Below the pieces are notes generated by a model. It had not been told where the DNA came from and did not search any database. It saw only the letters and a program-made list of their open reading frames with translations. A DNA stretch of 32,000 bases, taken from the NCBI RefSeq assembly GCF_007748075.1, contig NZ_CP036280.1:900001-932000 (forward strand), written 5' to 3'. Made by a program: the position numbers and the translations under genes. The DNA comes from Mucisphaera calidilacus. GTDB taxonomy: Bacteria > Planctomycetota > Phycisphaerae > Phycisphaerales > Phycisphaeraceae. This document shows positions 7,097-13,614 of the stretch, piece by piece (the first letter of the stretch is position 1; every line of letters begins with the position of its first letter).

Positions 7097-8830
7097 TCAG
7101 GGTGCGGTGGTCTGGTTGGCGAAGTGGGTGAGGCAGGCGTCGATGCGTGCGAGGGTTTGTTGTTTGCCGAGGATGGTGAGGGTGGCGTCGATGGGTGGTG
7201 TGACGGCGTTGCCGGAGAGGGCGACGCGGAGGGGCTGTGCGACGGAGCCCATGTTCTTGAGGTTGTGGTCGGCGGTGTAGGTTTCGAGGGTGTTCTGGAG
7301 GGAGGCGGGCGACCAGTCGTCGATGTCGGCGAGGATGGCGCGGATGGCGTTGAGGTGGGTGAGGCCTTCGCCTTCGTTCTTGAGGAGGTTTTTCTTCGCG
7401 GCCTTGGGGTTGTAGTCGGTGGGGGCCTGGGCGAAGAAGTGTCCGGCGGTGACGGGGTCTGCGAGTGTGGTGAGGCGTTCGCGGTAGGCCTCGGCGAAGA
7501 GGGTCATGTTGTCGCTGATGGCGTCCTGGAAGAGGGTGTGGAAGGTGTGGAGGTAGTTGTTGAGGTGGGCTTCGAGTTGGGGGATGTCCATCTTCTGGAG
7601 GGTGTCTGCGGAGAAGGCACGGAGTTTGTCGCGGTCGAATTTGGAGTTGGCCTTGTTGACGCGGTCGAAGTCGAAGCGTTGGATGAGGAAGTCGCGGTCG
7701 AAGCGTTCGACGTCGTCGCCCGGGTTCCAGCCGAGGAGGGCGAGGTAGTTGAGCAGGGGTTCGGGGAGGTAGCCGCTGTGGCGGAAGTCGGCCACGTTGA
7801 TTTCGGGCAAATTCGCTTTGAGATAGATTGCGATCAGCTGTGCAACGTAGAGGCTGTCATTTTCTTTGTTGAGGAATGCATCGATTTCCTCTTGTGTAAC
7901 CTCTTTGTCGTAATAGATTTTAAATCTGTCACTGAACTGATTCGTGCCGGGGATATGCTTTAGACCTCTTCTCGTGGCCTCTCGCCTTGATTGACGTACC
8001 CTGTCACCTCTAGCGTTTGGGTCGTCGATTTCTTGAATGGCCTGAATTATCTCTTTTCGGTGTTCATTCTTTTCGAGTGCTAGTTTTCGGGCGGTTTTGG
8101 CCTTGTCGCGTTTGGACATCTTGGAGCCGTCGGGGTTCATGATGGAGGGGAGGTGTGCGTAGACGGGTCGTGCGTAGGTGGTGGTGTCGCCTGTGATCTC
8201 GGCGAGGGCGTCGACGATGGCGACGTGCTTGGGTGTGTTGGCGAGGTGTTCCTGACCGCGGATGACGTGGGAGATGCGCATGAGGGCGTCGTCGACGGTG
8301 ACGGCGAGGTGGAAGGTGGGGAAGGCCTTGCCTTGAGCGTCGGGTGCCTTGCGGATGACGAAGTCTTCGAGGTCGTCGGCTTTGACGGTGATGTCGCCAT
8401 AGACGGCATCGGTGAAGCTGATGTCGCGGTCCATGCGGAAGCGGACGATCTCGGGTTCGTCGTCGGGGACGTAGGCGAAGCCGGCGTTGATGAGTTTGTC
8501 GATGTGGTCGTTGTAGATGTCGAGCCGTTCGGACTGGCGGTAGGGGCCGTGGCTGCCCTGGTCGGCGTCGGTTTCGGTGGGGTTGTCGGTTGCGGGTCCC
8601 TCGTCCCAGTCGAGGCCGAGCCACCGGAGGTCGCGGACGATGTCGATGAGGGATTCGTCGGAGGATCGTTTGCGGTCGGTGTCTTCGATGCGGAGGACGA
8701 ATTGTCCGTGGTGTTTTCGTGCGTAGGCCCAGGCGAAGAGGGCGGTCCGGACGCCTCCGATGTGGAGGGCGCCGGTGGGCGAGGGTGCGAAGCGTGTTCG
8801 GACGGGTTTGGATGATGGGGTTTGATTCAT
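7097..8830 (-). CDS. gltX: Glutamate--tRNA ligase carrying an insertion of about 95 aa after the KMSKS loop
   Basis: It has RFAPSPTG-ALHIGG (HIGH), KMSKR (aa 237-241) and GYLPEPLLNYLALLGW. At 577 aa it is longer than typical bacterial GluRS because of the low-GC insertion at about nt 7793-8107. Confidence 0.9.
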   Translation of the reverse strand: MNQTPSSKPVRTRFAPSPTGALHIGGVRTALFAWAYARKHHGQFVLRIEDTDRKRSSDESLIDIVRDLRWLGLDWDEGPATDNPTETDADQGSHGPYRQSERLDIYNDHIDKLINAGFAYVPDDEPEIVRFRMDRDISFTDAVYGDITVKADDLEDFVIRKAPDAQGKAFPTFHLAVTVDDALMRISHVIRGQEHLANTPKHVAIVDALAEITGDTTTYARPVYAHLPSIMNPDGSKMSKRDKAKTARKLALEKNEHRKEIIQAIQEIDDPNARGDRVRQSRREATRRGLKHIPGTNQFSDRFKIYYDKEVTQEEIDAFLNKENDSLYVAQLIAIYLKANLPEINVADFRHSGYLPEPLLNYLALLGWNPGDDVERFDRDFLIQRFDFDRVNKANSKFDRDKLRAFSADTLQKMDIPQLEAHLNNYLHTFHTLFQDAISDNMTLFAEAYRERLTTLADPVTAGHFFAQAPTDYNPKAAKKNLLKNEGEGLTHLNAIRAILADIDDWSPASLQNTLETYTADHNLKNMGSVAQPLRVALSGNAVTPPIDATLTILGKQQTLARIDACLTHFANQTTAP

Positions 8831-8901
8831 ATCGCCGATTCTAACGGTCGGCGGGAGCGAGCGGCGTGCGTGGGAGGGCGAGCTATGGGAGACTGTGATT
8901 T

Positions 8902-10590
8902 ATGACCCAGACCGAAGAACGAGCGTTGAATTTCATCGAGCAGGCGATTGAGGAGCACAACCGCGTGGGGCGGTTTGGCGGGGCGGTGGTGACGCGTTTT
9001 CCGCCTGAGCCGAACGGTTTTCTGCACATCGGGCACGCGAAGGCGATCTGCATCGATTTTGGTCTGGCGGCGAAGTATGGGGGTCGTTGTCACCTGCGTT
9101 TTGACGACACGAACCCGGCGAAGGAGGAGCAGGCGTACATCGACGCGATCCGGGAGGACGTGCGTTGGCTGGGTTTTGACTGGGGGGAGCACGAGTATTA
9201 CGCGAGTGATTATTTCGAGCAGTTGTACCTGTGGGCGGAGCGGTTGATCGAGGCGGGGCAGGCGTATGTTGAGGACCTCTCGATGGAGGAGATCCGGGCG
9301 CATCGCGGGACGCTGACGGAGCCGGGTCGGCCGAGCCCGTACCGTGATCGTTCGGTGGAGGAGAACCTGGATTTGTTCCGGCGGATGCGTGCGGGTGAGT
9401 TTCCCAACGGGGCGCGGGTGCTGCGTGCGAAGATCGACATGGCGTCGCCTAACCTGAACCTTCGCGACCCGGTGATGTACCGGATTCTGCACGAGGCGCA
9501 CCCGCGGACGGGTGATGCGTGGTGTCTTTACCCGATGTACGACTGGGCGCATGGCCAGAGTGATTCGATCGAGGGCGTGACGCACTCGCTTTGTTCGCTG
9601 GAGTTCGAGGCGCACCGTCCGCTGTACGAGTGGTTCGTGGAGCGGCTTGGGATTCACGCGCCGCAGCAGATGGAGTTTGCGCGGGGGAACATCACATACA
9701 TGATCACGTCGAAGCGCAAGCTTCGTCGGCTGATTGACGAGGGGATCGTGTCGGGCTGGGACGATCCGCGGATGCCGACGCTCCGGGGGATGCGTCGCCG
9801 GGGTTACACGCCTGAGGCGATTCGTCGTTTCTGGGACGAGGCGGGCGTGGCGAAGCGTGTGAACAACATCGCGTTTTCGAAGCTCGAATCGGTATTGCGT
9901 GACGACTTGAACAAGCGGTCGCAGCGTCGGATGGCGGTTCTGGACCCGATCCGCGTGGTGATCACGAATTACCCGGAGGGTCAGGTGGAGATGATGTCGG
10001 TGGTGAACAATCCGGAGGATCCGGGTGCGGGTAGGCGTGAGGTGCCGTTCTCGGGTGCGTTGTTCATCGAGCGTGACGACTTCATGGAGGACCCGCCGAA
10101 GAAGTTCTTCCGCCTGGGGCCGGGCCGCGAGGTGCGGCTGCGGAGCGGGTACTGGATCCGCTGTGAGGATTATGTAAAGGATGCGGAGGGGAAGGTGACG
10201 GAGCTTCGGTGCACGTACGACCCTCAGACGCGTGGCGGCGAGAGCCCGCCTGCGGATGCGGAGGGGAAGGTTCGGAAGGTGAAGGGGACGCTTCACTGGG
10301 TGAGTGCGGCGCACGCGGTGGATGCGGAGGTGCGTGTTTACGACCACCTGTTTACGCGGGAGAACCCGGAAGAGGGTGAGTTGGCGGAGAACGTGAACCC
10401 GGATTCGCTGCGCGTGCTGACCGGTTGCAAGCTGGAGCCGGCGTTGTCGGAGGCGGGAGTGGGTGAGCCGGTTCAGTTCGAGCGACTGGGATACTTCACG
10501 AAGGACCCGGATTCGTCGGCGGGAGGTCTGGTGTTCAACCGGACGGCGACGCTGAAGGATTCGTGGGCGAAGGCTCAGAAGAAGGGTTGA
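8902..10590 (+). CDS. glnS: Glutamine--tRNA ligase
   Basis: Near-colinear with E. coli GlnRS from memory: [65 protein letters not shown]. 562 aa. Confidence 0.93.
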   Translation: MTQTEERALNFIEQAIEEHNRVGRFGGAVVTRFPPEPNGFLHIGHAKAICIDFGLAAKYGGRCHLRFDDTNPAKEEQAYIDAIREDVRWLGFDWGEHEYYASDYFEQLYLWAERLIEAGQAYVEDLSMEEIRAHRGTLTEPGRPSPYRDRSVEENLDLFRRMRAGEFPNGARVLRAKIDMASPNLNLRDPVMYRILHEAHPRTGDAWCLYPMYDWAHGQSDSIEGVTHSLCSLEFEAHRPLYEWFVERLGIHAPQQMEFARGNITYMITSKRKLRRLIDEGIVSGWDDPRMPTLRGMRRRGYTPEAIRRFWDEAGVAKRVNNIAFSKLESVLRDDLNKRSQRRMAVLDPIRVVITNYPEGQVEMMSVVNNPEDPGAGRREVPFSGALFIERDDFMEDPPKKFFRLGPGREVRLRSGYWIRCEDYVKDAEGKVTELRCTYDPQTRGGESPPADAEGKVRKVKGTLHWVSAAHAVDAEVRVYDHLFTRENPEEGELAENVNPDSLRVLTGCKLEPALSEAGVGEPVQFERLGYFTKDPDSSAGGLVFNRTATLKDSWAKAQKKG

Positions 10591-11170
10591 GTTCGCGGGT
10601 CATGTTGATGACGCTTTTGAAGGGGAAGAAGCGTTTGAGGGCGCCGAGGTGTTCGGTCTTGGAGGTGGTGAATCCGTTGCGTTCGTAGAGCGCCTGGGCG
10701 CGGGGGTTGGTGTCGATCACGCTGATGCTCATCTGTGTTTTTCCGAGTTCGCGGGCGCGTTGTTCGGCGGCGTCGAGGAGCATGGTGCCGATGCCCTGGC
10801 CGCGTGCGTCCTCGTGGACGACGAGGCTGTCGACGAGGAGCCCGTTGCTGCGGTTCATGCTGTCGAGGATGAGCAGGCCGAGGATGCGTAGGGGTGCTGA
10901 GATGCCGTACTCGTTCCAGAAGCGTTTGAGGGTGAGGTTGCGGTTGATGATGCCCCTGCCGTCGGCCTTGTAGCCAGCGACGCCCAGGAGTTGGTCGTCG
11001 CGGAGCGCGATGATGGCGCGGTCGGGCTCGAAGGCGGGTGTGAGGAAGGCGGTGGCTCTGGGGATGTCGCCGAGGATTGGCGTGATTTTCTCGTGGAGGG
11101 CTCGGCAGAAGAGTGCTGCTGCGGCGGGGGTGTGCCGGGGCGTGAGGCCGTGCTGGATGGTGATGCTCAT
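10535..11170 (-). CDS. GNAT-family N-acetyltransferase
   Basis: Acetyl-CoA motif [19 protein letters not shown] and ...ALYERNGF. 211 aa. The last 56 nt overlap the 3' end of the convergent glnS, giving a Pro/Ser-rich tail. Confidence 0.75.
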   Translation of the reverse strand: MSITIQHGLTPRHTPAAAALFCRALHEKITPILGDIPRATAFLTPAFEPDRAIIALRDDQLLGVAGYKADGRGIINRNLTLKRFWNEYGISAPLRILGLLILDSMNRSNGLLVDSLVVHEDARGQGIGTMLLDAAEQRARELGKTQMSISVIDTNPRAQALYERNGFTTSKTEHLGALKRFFPFKSVINMTRELNPSSEPSPTNPSASPSG

Positions 11171-11199
11171 GGGGGTTGGTCTGGGGTGGTGGTGGAAGA

Positions 11200-11694
11200 T
11201 TACGCGGTCATGTGCTGGAGGAGTGTTTGGGTGAGGATCATGAGGCGGAGTGGGTTGTGTTCGAGTGGGACGAGGCCGTATCGGGTGTAGAAGTTGGCGG
11301 CGTTGTCGTCGACGGCGTCGACGATGAGTGCGAAGGTGCCGATTTCGCGTGAGGCTCTGAGGACGGTCGAGAAGGCGTGGAAGAGGAGGATTTCGCCGAG
11401 GTGCCGGCCCTGATGGCGGCGGTCGACGGCGAGCCGTCCGAGCAGGGAGCAGGGGACGGGGTGTCGTGGGAGGCGTTTTCGGATTCGGTGGGGGAGGGAC
11501 TGGGTGTCGAGGGCGTGCTGGCTGATGGCGTAGAAGCCTGTGATGGGGCCGTTGGGTTGTTCGACGGCGACCCAGTGTTTGGCGAGCCGGTTGCGTTCGT
11601 ACTGGCCAAGGTGTCTGGCGGCGTAGGTGTTGAGGTCGGGGTGGCCGCAGTCGAAGGCTGAGCGGTCGTGACTGGCGTAGGGCTCAATGATCAT
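11200..11694 (-). CDS. GNAT-fold toxin of a DUF1778/GNAT type II toxin-antitoxin pair (TacT/KacT-like)
   Basis: N-terminal H-x4-FDCGHPDLNTY motif, CoA-binding LAVDRRHQGRHLGEILL, and C-terminal NFYTRYGLVPL with the conserved Tyr. 164 aa. Its ATG overlaps the stop of the upstream DUF1778 gene by 11 nt. Confidence 0.75.
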   Translation of the reverse strand: MIIEPYASHDRSAFDCGHPDLNTYAARHLGQYERNRLAKHWVAVEQPNGPITGFYAISQHALDTQSLPHRIRKRLPRHPVPCSLLGRLAVDRRHQGRHLGEILLFHAFSTVLRASREIGTFALIVDAVDDNAANFYTRYGLVPLEHNPLRLMILTQTLLQHMTA

Positions 11695-11962
11695 CCTGTG
11701 TGCTCTGCCAGTGTTTGAATCGGTTGAGGCCTTGCTTGAACTCGGAGGTGGCCTCCTGCTCGGCCATTTTGAAGAGCTTGTCCATGTCGCGTGCGGTGAC
11801 GGCGATGAGGTTATTTTCGTAGAGGGACTGGCGTGCGGCCTCGACGGCGACGCGTCGGACGAAGTCGCTGACGCTCTGGCTGCAGTGGTCGGCGGCGAGG
11901 GCGAGGAGGGCCTTGTCTTCTTCGGAAAGTCGGAATTCCATGCGGGCGTTGGAGGTGGTCAT
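11684..11962 (-). CDS. DUF1778 (ribbon-helix-helix) antitoxin, TacA-like
   Basis: Start chosen at ATG 11962 (MTTSNARMEFRLSEEDKALLALAADHCSQSVSDFVRR...) with GGAG 9 nt upstream, 92 aa. The R-L/F-S-x-E-x-K-x-L ... S-x-S-x-F-v pattern is typical of DUF1778. The longer track ORF (to 12091) runs into AT-rich promoter DNA. Confidence 0.75.
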   Translation of the reverse strand: MTTSNARMEFRLSEEDKALLALAADHCSQSVSDFVRRVAVEAARQSLYENNLIAVTARDMDKLFKMAEQEATSEFKQGLNRFKHWQSTQDDH

Positions 11963-11977
11963 GGTGCGGCTCCGATC

Positions 11978-11996
11978 GTACGGAAAATTGACGTAC
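11978..11996. promoter_or_regulatory. Palindrome GTACG-N9-CGTAC (candidate operator 1)
   Basis: GTACG GAAAATTGA CGTAC lies 16 nt upstream of the antitoxin ATG. It directly abuts a minus-strand TAAAAT box (11997-12002). Confidence 0.4.
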
Positions 11997-12066
11997 ATTT
12001 TATCGTTCTCAGGTATATCAAGCTTAATCTCGGGGTCTTGATCGTCAAGAGGTTGGCGGAGAATGT

Positions 12067-12085
12067 GTACGGATATTTTACGTAC
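12067..12085. promoter_or_regulatory. Palindrome GTACG-N9-CGTAC (candidate operator 2)
   Basis: GTACG GATATTTTA CGTAC. The half-sites match operator 1 and 6 of 9 spacer bases are shared. Centre-to-centre distance is 89 bp. It lies 11 nt upstream of the TTGACA box of the radical-SAM gene. Confidence 0.4.
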
Positions 12086-12096
12086 TTTCAAGCCGG

Positions 12097-12125
12097 TTGA
12101 CAGGCCGTCTTGTTCGCATTATGTT
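12097..12125 (+). promoter_or_regulatory. Sigma-70-like promoter positioned for a leaderless radical-SAM mRNA
   Basis: TTGACA (12097-12102), 17 nt, TATGTT (12120-12125), 6 nt, then ATG at 12132. There is no Shine-Dalgarno sequence upstream of that ATG. Confidence 0.4.
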
Positions 12126-12131
12126 AGGTTT

Positions 12132-13328
12132 ATGTCCAGTGGTGAAGACAAGCTCCCGGCGGAGGATTGTTCGGGATCATCGGGGCCGAGGCTGCGTTGG
12201 AGGGGGCGTGGCTCGGCCCTGAACCCGGGCAACCGTTTTGAGGGGCGTGAGGTGGAGGCGGATGGTGAGACGCTGGACGCGGACCTTGCGGAGCAGACGG
12301 GTGAGGCGATGGCTCGGCATGGTGCGTGTCTGGGCGGGGTGTTGAAGGATGAGGGGGGGCGGACGCTGCCGCTGCGTGTGGTGGAAACGGAGGTTTTCGA
12401 GGATGACACGAAATCGATTCTGAATCGCGTGAACTCGCCGGACCTGAATTTCCGGTGGACGCTGAACCCGTACCGGGGTTGTGAGCACGGGTGTGTTTAC
12501 TGCTATGCGCGGCCGGACCACGAGTACCTTGGGTTTTCGTCGGGTCTGGATTTTGAGACGAAGATCGTGGCGAAGCCTCGGGCGGCGGCGTTGCTGCGGG
12601 CGTCGCTGGGGCGTTCGAGTTGGATCGCGGAGCCGATCGCGTTGTCGGGGGACACGGATTGTTATCAGCCGCTGGAGGCGAAGCTGCGTCTGACGCGTGC
12701 GTGCCTGGAGGTGATGGCGGAGGCCCGCCAGCCGGTGTCGGTGATCACCAAGAGTCGTCTGGTGCTGCGTGATGTGGATCTGTTGTCGTCGCTGAACCGG
12801 TTCGGGTGCGTGCACGTGGCGGTGAGTCTGACGACGCTTGATCCGCGGTTGTCGGGTTTGATGGAGCCACGGGCGGCGAGTCCGGCGCACCGGCTGGAGA
12901 CGATTCGTGTGTTGTCGGAGGCGGGGTTGCCGGTGGCGGTGATGACGGCGCCGGTGGTGCCGGGGCTGAATGATCGTGAGTTGCCGTCGCTGCTGGAGGC
13001 GGCGGCGGAGGCGGGGGCGCGGTCGGCGGGTTATGTGCTGTTGCGTCTGCCGCATCAGATCAAGGCGTTGTTTCTGGATTGGCTGGAGCGTGATCTGCCG
13101 AGGAGTGCGCAGCGGATCGAGAGCCTGATCCGTCAGACGCGGGGCGGGCGTTTGTATGACTCGGCGTTTGGTGTGCGTGGTCGGGGCCTGGGTCCGGTGG
13201 CGGAGCAGATCGGGGCGTTGTTTGCGGCGATGGCGCGCAAGCATGGTCTGGACCGCGGGATGCCGGCGTACGACCCGAGTCACTTTCGGCGTCCGGAGAA
13301 GGACGGGTCGCAGGGGCGGTTGTTTTAG
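12132..13328 (+). CDS. PA0069-family radical SAM protein (SplB-like, COG1533 type)
   Basis: N-terminal GRGSALNPGNRFE signature, the radical-SAM cluster motif CEHGCVYC, and LNPYRGC preceding it. Start taken at ATG 12132 (MSSGEDK...) rather than track start 12063, which lies inside the promoter/operator DNA. Confidence 0.8.
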   Translation: MSSGEDKLPAEDCSGSSGPRLRWRGRGSALNPGNRFEGREVEADGETLDADLAEQTGEAMARHGACLGGVLKDEGGRTLPLRVVETEVFEDDTKSILNRVNSPDLNFRWTLNPYRGCEHGCVYCYARPDHEYLGFSSGLDFETKIVAKPRAAALLRASLGRSSWIAEPIALSGDTDCYQPLEAKLRLTRACLEVMAEARQPVSVITKSRLVLRDVDLLSSLNRFGCVHVAVSLTTLDPRLSGLMEPRAASPAHRLETIRVLSEAGLPVAVMTAPVVPGLNDRELPSLLEAAAEAGARSAGYVLLRLPHQIKALFLDWLERDLPRSAQRIESLIRQTRGGRLYDSAFGVRGRGLGPVAEQIGALFAAMARKHGLDRGMPAYDPSHFRRPEKDGSQGRLF

Positions 13329-13614
13329 AAGTTATGGATGTCGTTTGAGCGCCGGTCAGTGTGAATGTGTTTCACGGCGAGGGGTATCTGCCAGAACAGC
13401 AGGTTATATCGGTCTTGGGGTTACAGAACGCGTGTGGTTGGGCGAGCGGGCTGTGCTGAACCGCCGATAGGGGGGCTAGGGTGTGGATGTTTGTGTCGAA
13501 GCTGGATGGAAAGCTCTGGCATCGCGGTTGCATAGATATCCGCGTACCTCGAACGGCCTACTATGTTGGTCGTTCCCACAGAGGCGTCCTCACGAGGCGC
13601 AGGAAGCAGCGAGC

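Noticed and set aside
7793-8107. An intein or group I intron interrupting gltX.
   Set aside because: At about 95 aa it is too short for even a mini-intein, and it lacks the Cys/Ser N-terminal and His-Asn plus Cys/Ser/Thr C-terminal junction residues. It is in frame, with no stop codon across about 315 nt of AT-richer DNA, which argues for a translated insertion rather than an intron.
13329-13614. The 286-nt region upstream of clpC as a heat-shock operator (CIRCE, CtsR box) or a structured leader, together with the in-frame extension from GTG 13483.
   Set aside because: No TTAGCACTC-N9-GAGTGCTAA repeat or GGTCAAA-type direct repeat is present. Only short (5-6 bp) hairpins were found. The canonical ClpC N-terminus [12 protein letters not shown], with AGGAAG upstream, fixes the start at 13615.
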